Assembly (NCBI GenBank): GCA_964415895.1
Contig: CAYQCC010000005.1
Location: 875-64,874 of the forward strand
DNA: 64,000 nt
Direction of reading: 5' to 3'
From: an uncultured Candidatus Saccharibacteria bacterium
GTDB lineage: Bacteria; Patescibacteriota; Minisyncoccia; Phycocordibacterales; UBA1006
The translations under genes and the position numbers were made by a program. This document shows positions 55,321 through 64,000 of the stretch, in pieces. The notes under the pieces were generated by a model, which searched no databases, was not told where the DNA came from, and saw nothing but the letters and a program-made list of their open reading frames with translations. Numbering within the stretch: the stretch's first letter is position 1; every line of letters starts with the position of its first letter.

Positions 55321-57519
55321 TCACCCTTTCGCCACTAAATTTTCTATGGTGTTTCGAATTTCTCTCAGTTGTGATGCAACACTAACGTTTGGTTTTCGTG
55401 ATTGATGCTGCTCTAGTGATTCTAGTCCACTTACAATCTTTTCAACTTCACTGTGAACAACAACTGTTGGATCATACATGATCCATTTTGAAACATCGGA
55501 ACGAACTAACAGATTTACAATTGTCTCCTTTAGATCAGTAATCTTTTGCTTAATTCCCTGTTCAGGATGCTTGTCTTGTTCTTGTTCAAGTGTCTTTAAA
55601 TAGTCTACCAGCATGATTAATTCCTTTATTGGCAAAACGCTTTCGGTTGCAGCTGTTGTTGATTCAACTAAAGTTCCGTCTTCGGACAGTGCAGCAGGTC
55701 GAAACTCAATATCATGACTCGGTTCTATCACAGGAGAAATTGGTTTTTCCTCGACAACAGTAGGAACACTGACATACGTTTCTGAAACAACAGGAACTGC
55801 TTGCTTATTCCAACCTTCTGGTAGATCTTCTGCCATATCAACCGTACTCTGTACTTCCTCGATTGTGGTAATACCAGATAATATCTTTGAAACACCGTCT
55901 TCTACCATCGTAAAGATTCCTTGGTGTAATGATCCATGTTTGATTTCACGCTCTGTTGGATTATTTGCAATAATATCAGCAACTTTGTCATCCACTAAAA
56001 TCGCCTCGTATAATCCGATTCGTCCTTTGTATCCGATATTGTCACATTTTGGACATCCGACTGGTTTAAACATCTTGAATTCGCTTGTAGCCGTAACGCC
56101 CATATAACTAAAGTCTTTTCCTGTCTCTTCTCCATTTTTAACAATAGCTCGAAGCAACTTTTCTTCGTCAGCGGTTGGCGTATATTCTGCCTTACAATCC
56201 TTACATAAACGACGAATCAGACGCTGTGCCATGGCAACGGTCAACGCATCTGGTAAAATTTTTGGATTCACGCCAAGCTCGATTAAACGCGGAATAGCAC
56301 CAGCAGCATTGTTGGTGTGGAGTGTTGAAAGCACAAGGTGACCAGTAAGGGACGCATTAATAGCAGTACTTGCGGTTTCCTTGTCACGAATTTCACCTAC
56401 CATGATTACATCCGGATCCTGACGCAGTGCTGCACGCAAACCTGAACTAAAATCATATCCTTTATCGTGATCTACCTGTGTTTGTGTCACACCTGGCAAG
56501 TGATACTCGATCGGATCTTCGATCGTTAGGATTTTAATTTCTGGTGTATAGATTCTTTTTAGGAATGAATACAAGGCAGTCGTTTTTCCGGATCCGGTCG
56601 GACCAGTGGTTAGCAACATTCCGTTTGGTTTATCAATTTCTATTTGCAATACATCAAAGAGTTTCTTTTGAATTCCCATTTGTTCCAATTCCACAGTCAA
56701 TCCTTCTGGGTTCAAAATACGCATTACAATTGATTCACCGTAGGGACCTGGAATTAATGATGTACGAATTTCAATCTCCGTACCTTTATACATAATGGTA
56801 AAACGACCATCCTGCGCGGTTGCGGTACTCGTCAATTTCATTTCTGAAAGAAGTTTAATACGCGAGTTAATACTTTTATAAATCTCCAGTGGAAATTCTA
56901 CAATATCTTGAAGCACCCCATCCTGACGAAAACGCAAACGAGAAAAATTCTCGGCAGCTTCGATATGAACGTCGGAAGATTTCGTTCCAATAGCTGCACC
57001 GAAAATAATTTCCATTAACTTGGAAACTTTATGAGCATCTGATGAACCAATCATCGCCATAAACATATCTTTGATATCACTATTGGAATGAACTTGTTTT
57101 GCTAGTTGTTGTAAACCTTCATCAGTAATATCAAGCAGTCCACCGCGAGTTCGAAGCGATCCACTGACATCAGCATAACGCGCCCACGCTTTTTCCAAAC
57201 TTCGCATAGACACTAAATACAGGTGAACAATAAAACCTTTAGTTTCCAAGTTATCAATCTGTTCGATCGCACCTACATCTGTTGGTGATTGCACGGCAAT
57301 ACTTAATTTTTTACCAACCATTCCAAAACAAGCTATTTTTGCAGAGCGTGAAATTTCTTCTGAAATCAATAACAGACCGTCAGTGTTAATTCCAATTCCA
57401 GATAAATCAACATAGCCGATACCATATGTATCAGCCAACGCTTTTACCGCCGCCTCTTCTTGATGAGCATGAATTTCCGCAAGTTTTTTATTCTGTTCTT
57501 CATCGTGGAATACCGCCAT
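55321..57519 (-). CDS. pilB: Type IV pilus / type II secretion ATPase, GspE/PilB family, with a ~170-aa C-terminal extension
   Basis: T2SE_N-like N-domain, Walker A GPTGSGKTT, Asp/His boxes, tetracysteine CPKC...C motif, then extra C-terminal sequence. Confidence 0.88.
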   Translation of the reverse strand: MAVFHDEEQNKKLAEIHAHQEEAAVKALADTYGIGYVDLSGIGINTDGLLLISEEISRSAKIACFGMVGKKLSIAVQSPTDVGAIEQIDNLETKGFIVHLYLVSMRSLEKAWARYADVSGSLRTRGGLLDITDEGLQQLAKQVHSNSDIKDMFMAMIGSSDAHKVSKLMEIIFGAAIGTKSSDVHIEAAENFSRLRFRQDGVLQDIVEFPLEIYKSINSRIKLLSEMKLTSTATAQDGRFTIMYKGTEIEIRTSLIPGPYGESIVMRILNPEGLTVELEQMGIQKKLFDVLQIEIDKPNGMLLTTGPTGSGKTTALYSFLKRIYTPEIKILTIEDPIEYHLPGVTQTQVDHDKGYDFSSGLRAALRQDPDVIMVGEIRDKETASTAINASLTGHLVLSTLHTNNAAGAIPRLIELGVNPKILPDALTVAMAQRLIRRLCKDCKAEYTPTADEEKLLRAIVKNGEETGKDFSYMGVTATSEFKMFKPVGCPKCDNIGYKGRIGLYEAILVDDKVADIIANNPTEREIKHGSLHQGIFTMVEDGVSKILSGITTIEEVQSTVDMAEDLPEGWNKQAVPVVSETYVSVPTVVEEKPISPVIEPSHDIEFRPAALSEDGTLVESTTAATESVLPIKELIMLVDYLKTLEQEQDKHPEQGIKQKITDLKETIVNLLVRSDVSKWIMYDPTVVVHSEVEKIVSGLESLEQHQSRKPNVSVASQLREIRNTIENLVAKG

Positions 57520-57594
57520 ATTAATAAAAGTATATCATATGATGTTTAAATCCCCTCCTAGTTTAGGAACTGAACGCTTGATTTTGAGGTTTGT

Positions 57595-57972
57595 ACTGTC
57601 ATTCCCGCGAAGGCGGGAATCCATTAGGGCTCTACGAAAACGAAAGATCTTTCCATTCGGGATTTCTTTCTTGAATTAATCTAATTTTCCATAATCGATT
57701 CCATTTCTTTAATTTCTTCTCATATTTAATAGCAGCTTCTATACTATTCGTCATTTCATACTAAACCAATAAGTGTAATCCGTATTTATATGTAAATCCT
57801 TTATTGATTCCTTGTTTGTGTTCCACAACTCTTCGTTCAAGATTATTAGTTACCCCGACATAAAGTGTTCCATATTGTTCATTAGTCATAATATAAACAA
57901 AATACATGACATTAATTATATCAGAGATTATTTTACTGATCATGGATTCCCGCCTTCGCGGGAATGACAACA
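57595..57972 (-). mobile_element. Compact GIY-YIG element, copy 2, bounded by a perfect 28-nt inverted repeat (TGTCATTCCCGCGAAGGCGGGAATCCAT)
   Basis: Same terminal architecture as 4513-4878: TGTCAT, a 5-bp GC hairpin, then ATCCA. The hairpin sequence differs from copy 1 but remains self-complementary. Confidence 0.5.
57650..57952 (-). pseudogene. GIY-YIG nuclease gene disrupted by a frameshift
   Basis: N-terminus MISKIISDIINVMYFVYIMTNEQYGTLYVGVTNNLERRVVEHK ends prematurely. The conserved C-terminal ...KKLKKWNRLWKIRLIQERNPEW is readable in another frame of 57650-57760. Confidence 0.6.
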
Positions 57973-58525
57973 GAATTGAAAAACCTTTCCCGAAGGAAAG
58001 GTTTTTCAATTCTGTGCTTAATTGGTTGCAAGGCAAGCCTCATAAGCATTCAAACACAGAAATCTCAAAGACATCTTTTCTGCCCACGAGGGAGCTGAAA
58101 TTGAAGAAAGGAGAAAGGAGAAATCCAGAAGTCGTCCGTTCAAGCAGACGCACCAGACATTCCTACCCGCAAACCCCAGGAAGACCGCGAGATCCCGATC
58201 CCTTTGAGATTTCTATGTTCAAAACTATTATGTAGTTTTATGATTGAAGCATATCATACTAATTATAATATGTCAAGTGCTTCACACTTATCTAACTTTT
58301 TAATTACATTGGTTTGCAATTAAAAATCCAGCAAGACTTAGACTATAACGCGGTTATGAAAATTGCGCAAGCACAAAATATGTGGTTTTTCACCAAGTTA
58401 TCCACAGGCTTTTTCCACATGCTAAATGAGCAATATACCTTTATTTATAAGGATATCTTCCTTATTTTCATGTTTTAAATCTGTATTACTGAAAAAAGAG
58501 ACTTGTATGATATAATGGATTTTAT

Positions 58526-59512
58526 ATGAAATCTTCTGAAAAAATCGAGCGTTCCTTGGACGCAAATCTACGTCCAAATAGCTGGGATGAATACATTGGA
58601 CAGACCACCATCAAACAAAACCTTCATATTCTGATAAACGCTGCTGAAAACCGTGCACAAGTTGCTGAACATATTCTGTTTTACGGTCCACCAGGACTCG
58701 GTAAAACAACTCTTGCCCATTTAATTGCAAATGAAACAGGTCGTGCTATGAAAATTACGTCAGGCCCAGCCATTGAAAAGGTTGGAGACCTTGCAAGTAT
58801 TCTTACCAACATTCAACCAGGTGACATTGTGTTCATCGACGAGATCCATCGCTTGAATAAAATGATCGAGGAAGTCCTCTACCCTGCTATGGAATCTGGC
58901 GTACTTGATATTATTATCGGAAAAGGACCAAGCGCACGAACATTACAGTTGGAACTTCCACCATTCACATTGATTGCAGCAACAACGCGGCCCTCATTGA
59001 TTTCTTCACCATTGCGTTCACGATTTTCAGGTGGAACATTTAAGCTTGAGTTTTATGATGATGCTGAAATGACAGAAATTGTGCGCCGCAGTGCAAAACG
59101 ATTAAATATTATCATCGATGATGAGGCACTTGGTATGATTGCCCGCCGCAGTCGAAAGACTCCGCGTACGGCAAACTACTTCCTGAAACGAGTACGCGAT
59201 TATGCGCAGATCAAGGAAATCGAGCATATAGATGTAGAAACTGTAGAGTCTGCCCTTGATATGATTGGCGTTGATTCATTAGGACTATCACCATCCGATC
59301 GATTATTATTGAAAACTCTTGTCGAGAAATTCAATGGTGGTCCTGTTGGCGTGAAAACACTTTCTGCTGCAACAGGCGAAGAAGAAGATACTATTGAGGA
59401 AGTAATTGAACCATACCTAATTCAGACAGGATTACTTGAAAAGACTCCACGTGGACGATGCGCTACTGAAAAAGCGTATGACCATTTAGGTGTTGCATAT
59501 TTAGGGAAATAA
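58526..59512 (+). CDS. ruvB: Holliday junction branch migration ATPase RuvB
   Basis: LFYGPPGLGKTTLA Walker A, sensor motifs and a C-terminal winged helix. Confidence 0.95.
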   Translation: MKSSEKIERSLDANLRPNSWDEYIGQTTIKQNLHILINAAENRAQVAEHILFYGPPGLGKTTLAHLIANETGRAMKITSGPAIEKVGDLASILTNIQPGDIVFIDEIHRLNKMIEEVLYPAMESGVLDIIIGKGPSARTLQLELPPFTLIAATTRPSLISSPLRSRFSGGTFKLEFYDDAEMTEIVRRSAKRLNIIIDDEALGMIARRSRKTPRTANYFLKRVRDYAQIKEIEHIDVETVESALDMIGVDSLGLSPSDRLLLKTLVEKFNGGPVGVKTLSAATGEEEDTIEEVIEPYLIQTGLLEKTPRGRCATEKAYDHLGVAYLGK

Positions 59513-59540
59513 AAACATCAAACATGATATACTTTTCTAT

Positions 59541-59909
59541 ATGAAAATGAAGACTTTCTATATCTTAGGAATACTGTTTACGTGTCTTGGATATCTTTCC
59601 TTATCTTTTATTGCTGGTCAAATGCTAATTTTATTTCAGATTGTTTTTTTATCTGGCCTTGCCTTTTTGTTGGTTGCAGTACTATTATCAATTACTAACC
59701 TTATACAGACAAAAAGATATAAGACTCTTCTGTTAATAATCTTTGGCGTTATTTTAGTGTATGTTGTATTGGAAGTTCCTATAATAACTCGTCACTATAA
59801 TTCTCAGGTTGTTTGTGTCACTTTCCCATGTGGCGGAGATGGTGAAACAGAAGAAAAGATAACTATTAAAAATCTGCTAGTAGAAAAGTTGAGCTCCAAG
59901 CGATATTAA
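59541..59909 (+). CDS. Hypothetical membrane protein (3 TM helices)
   Basis: 122 aa hydrophobic ORF. Confidence 0.45.
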   Translation: MKMKTFYILGILFTCLGYLSLSFIAGQMLILFQIVFLSGLAFLLVAVLLSITNLIQTKRYKTLLLIIFGVILVYVVLEVPIITRHYNSQVVCVTFPCGGDGETEEKITIKNLLVEKLSSKRY

Positions 59910-59923
59910 TTGAGATTACAAAA

Positions 59924-59952
59924 AACCGCTATTCGTATTCAGCGGTTTTTTT
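59924..59952. terminator. Bidirectional terminator (AACCGCT-attcgtattc-AGCGGTT plus TTTTTT)
   Basis: Overlaps the last codons of the minus gene 59929-60387. Confidence 0.7.
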
Positions 59953-60387
59953 CTCGAGTATCGCATTCACTGTAATATCTAATAGTTTAGATAAATGTTC
60001 TGCGGTGATATTATCTCCTGCTTCAAATTCATAAAACATACCAGTGCTTGATGAATCTTCTGTAAAAGGATATGTAAGCAACACCATATCATTTGGATGT
60101 CCCTCATTAAAATTTAATACTTTCTCAGAAGTTGTGGCATCATCGGGGTCAGGAAATTCATAATAACTTTTTCCAGTATCTAAATCAGTAAATAACTGTC
60201 TATGCCCAAATTCAAAATCTTCAACTCTTAGAACTTCTAAGCCATAATTAGATGATAAAGTTTTCTTTGGAAGAGACTCTTTTAGTTTTTTAACCTGATC
60301 TAGGAGGCTCCGCTTTTCTTCCATAGCCTGTACTAATGGATCCTTCTTAACGACCTTACTTTTAATTGTTTCAAATATGCTTGTCAT
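59929..60387 (-). CDS. Hypothetical acidic protein
   Basis: 152 aa ORF. Confidence 0.45.
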   Translation of the reverse strand: MTSIFETIKSKVVKKDPLVQAMEEKRSLLDQVKKLKESLPKKTLSSNYGLEVLRVEDFEFGHRQLFTDLDTGKSYYEFPDPDDATTSEKVLNFNEGHPNDMVLLTYPFTEDSSSTGMFYEFEAGDNITAEHLSKLLDITVNAILEKKTAEYE

Positions 60388-60455
60388 GAAGTAAGTATAC
60401 TATGTAGGTAAGAAAAAGCAAAAAACCACCCTTTCGGATGATTTTTTGTAAGAAA

Positions 60456-61034
60456 TTATCTTTTGCGTTTAACACGAGCCTTTTTCTTCTCTTCTTCTTT
60501 TTTCATTGGGAAGCCCAAATATTCAAAGAAAGCGAGAGCTTCAGGTCGAGTTTTAGCAGTTGTTACGATTGTGATAGCAAGACCAAAAACGTGTACGATT
60601 TCCTCGTCACCAGTTTCAGGGAAGATTGTGTGTTCCTTGATACCGATTGTCATATTACCCAATGCATTTGCTGATGATCGGGCAATACCTCGGAAGTCCT
60701 TTGTTCGTGGCAGTGCAATATTCACAAGCTTGTCCAAAAATTCGTTCATACGAGTTCCGCGCAATGTCACCACAACTCCTACTGGATCTCCAGCACGAAT
60801 TTTAAATGATGCAATTGACTGCTTTGCTCCTTTGACTGATGGTTTTTGTCCAGTAATTTTTAGAAGTCGGTCTGAAACGAACGTATTTTTATTACGATCT
60901 TTTTTCATTCCTGATCCTGTTCCTACTGATACAATTACCTTTTGAATTTTTGGTGCTGACATTGCATTTTTGTAACCAAACTGGTCCTTTAATGCAGCGT
61001 ATGCTCCGATTTGTTTTTGTTTCATTGATTCCAT
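60456..61034 (-). CDS. rplE: 50S ribosomal protein L5
   Basis: L5-like throughout, with a Lys-rich C-terminal extension. Confidence 0.92.
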   Translation of the reverse strand: MESMKQKQIGAYAALKDQFGYKNAMSAPKIQKVIVSVGTGSGMKKDRNKNTFVSDRLLKITGQKPSVKGAKQSIASFKIRAGDPVGVVVTLRGTRMNEFLDKLVNIALPRTKDFRGIARSSANALGNMTIGIKEHTIFPETGDEEIVHVFGLAITIVTTAKTRPEALAFFEYLGFPMKKEEEKKKARVKRKR

Positions 61035-61072
61035 AAGTTGATGTTAATTATTCACGAATGAATAATTATTGG

Positions 61073-61378
61073 TTAGGCAATATCCTTTCCGCTTTTTTTG
61101 GCAACGCGAACTTTTTTCGCGCCGTCTTTGCGGGTTCCAACTCGAGTCGCTTTTCCTGATGACGGATCAATCAGGGCAACATTAGAGATGTGAACTGGAA
61201 AAGCTGTTTCGACCAACGTATGTTTCTCGCCGCGCAATTTCGCTTTGATAACTTTTTTATGAATATTGATTCCAGCAACAATTACCTTGTTGATGTCTTT
61301 CAATACTTTTTCTACGGTACCTTTGGCACCCTTGTTTGATCCTGTAAGAATCAATACATTGTCTCCTTTTTTAATCAT
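61073..61378 (-). CDS. rplX: 50S ribosomal protein L24
   Basis: KOW motif MIKKGDNVLILTGSNKGAKG. Confidence 0.92.
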   Translation of the reverse strand: MIKKGDNVLILTGSNKGAKGTVEKVLKDINKVIVAGINIHKKVIKAKLRGEKHTLVETAFPVHISNVALIDPSSGKATRVGTRKDGAKKVRVAKKSGKDIA

Positions 61379-61391
61379 AATAGTTGTTTGA

Positions 61392-61763
61392 TTAGAGAAC
61401 TTCAGGAGCTAAGGATACAATTTTTTGATATCCGAGCTCTCCGATTTCCCGTGGAATAGGACCAAAGATACGACCTCCTTTCGGTTCTTTTGTCTTCTTA
61501 TCGAGAATAACAACAGCGTTGTCATCGAATCGAATATAAGAACCATCTTTTCGACGTGTTACCGTCTTTTGTCGAACGACAACAGCGCGGTGCACATCTT
61601 TTTTCTTCACTGATTTTCGAGGTTCTGCAGATTTAACTGACAGAACTACGATATCACCAACGAACGCATAGCGACGGTGTGAGCCTCCAAGAATCTTGAA
61701 GACACGCGCCTTTTTTGCTCCTGTGTTGTCAGCGATTGTTACGTTTGTTCCAACTTGAATCAT
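61392..61763 (-). CDS. rplN: 50S ribosomal protein L14
   Basis: [18 protein letters not shown]... matches the L14 signature. Confidence 0.95.
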   Translation of the reverse strand: MIQVGTNVTIADNTGAKKARVFKILGGSHRRYAFVGDIVVLSVKSAEPRKSVKKKDVHRAVVVRQKTVTRRKDGSYIRFDDNAVVILDKKTKEPKGGRIFGPIPREIGELGYQKIVSLAPEVL

Positions 61764-61768
61764 ATAGG

Positions 61769-62011
61769 TTAAGCGGTTGTCACCACTTCAAAGTTTTTAT
61801 CCTTTGAGAGAGGGCGACATTCGCGAATAGTTACCGCATCACCGACTTTGAGCGAGTTGCTTTCGTCATGGGCTTTGTATTTTTTTGAAAACTTCTGGTA
61901 CTTCTGGTACTTAGGATGTTTTACAAAACGCTGCACCAAGACGACAACAGTTTTATCCATTTTGTCTGAAACGACTGTCCCTTGTAGGGTTTTTCCATTG
62001 ATTGTTTTCAT
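61769..62011 (-). CDS. rpsQ: 30S ribosomal protein S17
   Basis: 80 aa with an S17 OB fold. Confidence 0.92.
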   Translation of the reverse strand: MKTINGKTLQGTVVSDKMDKTVVVLVQRFVKHPKYQKYQKFSKKYKAHDESNSLKVGDAVTIRECRPLSKDKNFEVVTTA

Positions 62012-62025
62012 AATATTCGATGTGA

Positions 62026-62448
62026 TTACATGTCGTCTCGACTAATAGTACGGGTAGTCACAGGCAATTTGCAGCTAGCTTTTCGCAAAGCTTCGCGCGC
62101 AACAGCCTCTGATACTCCGTCGACTTCAAAGATGATTCGACCTGGTTCTACCTCGAAACAATACGACTGAAGATCTCCCTTACCCTTACCCATACCTACC
62201 TCTGCAGGTTTTCCGGTAATAGGTCGGTCAGGAAAGATTCGAATCCAGTAACGTCCTGTTTTTCCGAGTGTACGTGACACCACTTTTCGTGCTGCCTCGA
62301 TTTGATTTGAAAAGACTCGTGACCCAGTTAATGAACGCAGACCATATGATCCAAATTGCAACTTGGTTCCCCGTGTTGCAACTTTTTTGCTCAAATCCTT
62401 TCGGTCAGTTTGCCATTTTCGATGTTTTACTTTTTTAGGAAATAACAT
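62026..62448 (-). CDS. rplP: 50S ribosomal protein L16
   Basis: [11 protein letters not shown]...; L16-like throughout. Confidence 0.95.
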   Translation of the reverse strand: MLFPKKVKHRKWQTDRKDLSKKVATRGTKLQFGSYGLRSLTGSRVFSNQIEAARKVVSRTLGKTGRYWIRIFPDRPITGKPAEVGMGKGKGDLQSYCFEVEPGRIIFEVDGVSEAVAREALRKASCKLPVTTRTISRDDM

Positions 62449-62475
62449 ACATGTTTAACAGAAAGATCTGCGTCA

Positions 62476-63150
62476 TTAATTTTTTGAAGGGACGATGTTT
62501 TCAAGTGTATCTCCTTTATAGATCCACACTTTGATTCCAACTCCTCCATAAGTCATTCGTGCTGTGTCCGTAGCGTAATCGATGTCTCCACGCATAAACT
62601 GCAATGGAATTCCACCTAATTTTATTTCTTCGCGTCGGGCCATATCAGCACCACCTAGTCGACCTGATAATACAATTTTTCCTCCTTTAACTCCGCGAGC
62701 AGCCATGATTTTCTCGATGGTTTGCTTTAACACGCGTCGGAATGGAAGACGTTTTTCGAGCTGTTCCGCAATACTGTAAGCAACAATTGCTGCATCAGCA
62801 TCAGGGTTTCGCACTTCAACGATATCAATATGCAATGCCTCAGTAATGACAATCTTGTGTCGTTTTAGGAATTTGATGATGTCTTTTTTCAAGACTTCAA
62901 CACCTTCTCCTGAACGTCCGATTACCATACCCGGACGAGCTGTTGCAATAATGATTTTGATGTTCTTTGAATTTCGCTCGAATTCAACACCTGACAAATA
63001 ACTTGTTCGCAATTTTTTCTCCAAGTATTCTCGGATTAAAATGTCTGCTCGCAATGTGTCTCGGTATTCAGATCCTGAACGGAACCATCGTGATTTCCAC
63101 CCACGGATGAGTGGTAAACGATGTGCATATGGATGTACAATTTTTGACAT
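62476..63150 (-). CDS. rpsC: 30S ribosomal protein S3
   Basis: KH and S3-C domains. Confidence 0.95.
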   Translation of the reverse strand: MSKIVHPYAHRLPLIRGWKSRWFRSGSEYRDTLRADILIREYLEKKLRTSYLSGVEFERNSKNIKIIIATARPGMVIGRSGEGVEVLKKDIIKFLKRHKIVITEALHIDIVEVRNPDADAAIVAYSIAEQLEKRLPFRRVLKQTIEKIMAARGVKGGKIVLSGRLGGADMARREEIKLGGIPLQFMRGDIDYATDTARMTYGGVGIKVWIYKGDTLENIVPSKN

Positions 63151-63153
63151 AAA

Positions 63154-63519
63154 TTATGAAGTCTTCTTTGAACGAGATTTCTTAATTGGTGCTCCTTGTG
63201 AAAGAACCAATGTAACAATACTTGTTCGTTTATTAATGCGATGAGCTCGACCACGAGATACTGGACGGATACGTTTCAAGGTTGGACCCTTGGTCACTGA
63301 AACGGCTGATACAAATAATGCATCGTTCGCTCCTACCTTGAAATTGTGCTGTGCGTTAGCAACAGCTGAGTGCAATAATGTATGAAACATTCCCGTTGCG
63401 CGCTTTGTAAGGAAGGTCAAAATATTTTCTGCCTCTGCGACTGACTTTCCACGGATTGCATCCGCAACAAGGCGAACTTTACGTGGTGACTGTCGATAGT
63501 TTTTTAAATAGGCTTTCAT
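63154..63519 (-). CDS. rplV: 50S ribosomal protein L22
   Basis: L22-like with a basic C-terminus. Confidence 0.92.
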   Translation of the reverse strand: MKAYLKNYRQSPRKVRLVADAIRGKSVAEAENILTFLTKRATGMFHTLLHSAVANAQHNFKVGANDALFVSAVSVTKGPTLKRIRPVSRGRAHRINKRTSIVTLVLSQGAPIKKSRSKKTS

Positions 63520-63521
63520 AA

Positions 63522-63878
63522 TTATTTCTTCTTAGCACCAGGCTTTGCAGCTGATGAAGCACTAGCGGATTTTGCAGCTGCGATTTCAGCTTGCTTTTTC
63601 TTTTGATCGAGTTCCTTCTGCATCTTACCTCCGTGACGGTGGAAAGTCTTTGTAGGAGAGAATTCTCCTAATCGGTGACCAACCATATCCTCAGAAACAA
63701 GAACTTCGGTATGTTTTTTGCCGTTGTGAACGCCAAAGGTAAATCCGATCATTTCCGGAGAAATCATGGACGCGCGAGCCCACGTTTTAATAACCCCTGT
63801 TTCCAGTGGTTTTTTACCTTCGATTTTCTTCAGCAATTTTACATCGATATACGGTCCCTTGTAGACAGATCGTGACAT
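63522..63878 (-). CDS. rpsS: 30S ribosomal protein S19, with an Ala/Lys-rich C-terminal extension
   Basis: [18 protein letters not shown]...GHRLGEF matches the S19 signature. Confidence 0.95.
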   Translation of the reverse strand: MSRSVYKGPYIDVKLLKKIEGKKPLETGVIKTWARASMISPEMIGFTFGVHNGKKHTEVLVSEDMVGHRLGEFSPTKTFHRHGGKMQKELDQKKKQAEIAAAKSASASSAAKPGAKKK

Positions 63879-64000
63879 ATAAATGTTGTTTGTGAATTAA
63901 ACACTCCACCTAATCATATAGATTAGACGAAGGTAGCCTTGAACGTATTCAGTTCAACTCCTTTAAAATGATTAAAGGGCGTGAAGATGATTCAAAATCA

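Noticed and set aside
57761-58036. Taking ORF 57761-58036 at face value as an intact 91-aa gene
   Set aside because: Its N-terminal 31 aa run through the element's terminal repeat and are not GIY-YIG-like. The C-terminal conserved segment is in another frame, so it is better called a frameshifted pseudogene (57650-57952).
1-64000. CRISPR array
   Set aside because: No series of regularly spaced direct repeats. The repeats seen are palindromic singletons or dispersed copies, not repeat-spacer arrays.
1-64000. Alternative genetic code (e.g. code 25 UGA=Gly, as in some CPR)
   Set aside because: All conserved genes (tuf, recA, ftsK, r-proteins, glyQS) are full-length as uninterrupted standard-code ORFs without in-frame TGA.

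Overview
This reads as an AT-rich (~37% GC), gene-dense bacterial chromosomal segment with short intergenic spacers, many intrinsic terminators, and many membrane-anchored or secreted hypothetical proteins. That is compatible with a small-genome lineage such as Patescibacteria/CPR, but that placement is inference. The standard genetic code fits all conserved genes.

The window opens with the 5' end of a 23S rRNA on the minus strand, with no 16S upstream. Core genes recognised:
- rplJ-rplL.
- A split transketolase. Its two halves are separated by a four-gene insert of unknown function.
- An M50 site-2 protease, rpmB, a ComEC-like metallo-beta-lactamase-fold protein and two AI-2E family transporters.
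- An M16 peptidase and a dimeric-type GlyRS.
- An ABC exporter next to a large surface protein.
- A tuf-rpsJ-rplC-rplD-rplW-rplB block, physically separated from a second block rpsS-rplV-rpsC-rplP-rpsQ-rplN-rplX-rplE at the far end of the window.
- hpf, a cyclophilin, two tRNA-Ser genes, sodA, a GNAT, ftsK and recA.
- efp, a DsbA/Trx/DsbB cluster, tsaE, a PilB/GspE ATPase and ruvB.

The most unusual content is several families of dispersed palindromic repeats:
- Two compact (~370 bp) elements, each filled by a small GIY-YIG (COG2827-type) nuclease ORF and bounded by a conserved 28-nt terminal hairpin inverted repeat (TGTCAT-hairpin-ATCCA) whose two copies differ by compensatory stem changes. 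One of the two ORFs is frameshifted. A solo copy of the repeat lies elsewhere. This arrangement resembles REP/RAYT systems, but with a GIY-YIG instead of an HUH nuclease.
- A GC-rich repeat, GARATCGAG-hairpin-CGAAGCCGAG...GAGG, found 45-100 nt upstream of rplB, efp and the M50 protease gene.
- A CCGCACACCCAGA...TCTGGGTGTGCGG terminator-like palindrome, present twice.
- A triple-hairpin element carrying paired SD (AGGAGG) and anti-SD-like (CCTCCT) sequences, located between tuf and hpf.

Other notable items are an M15 (VanY-like) peptidase fused to a pilin-like N-terminal region, a large surface protein with a Bacteroidetes-type T9SS C-terminal sorting-domain-like tail, and a PilB ATPase with a long C-terminal extension and no neighbouring pilus genes.
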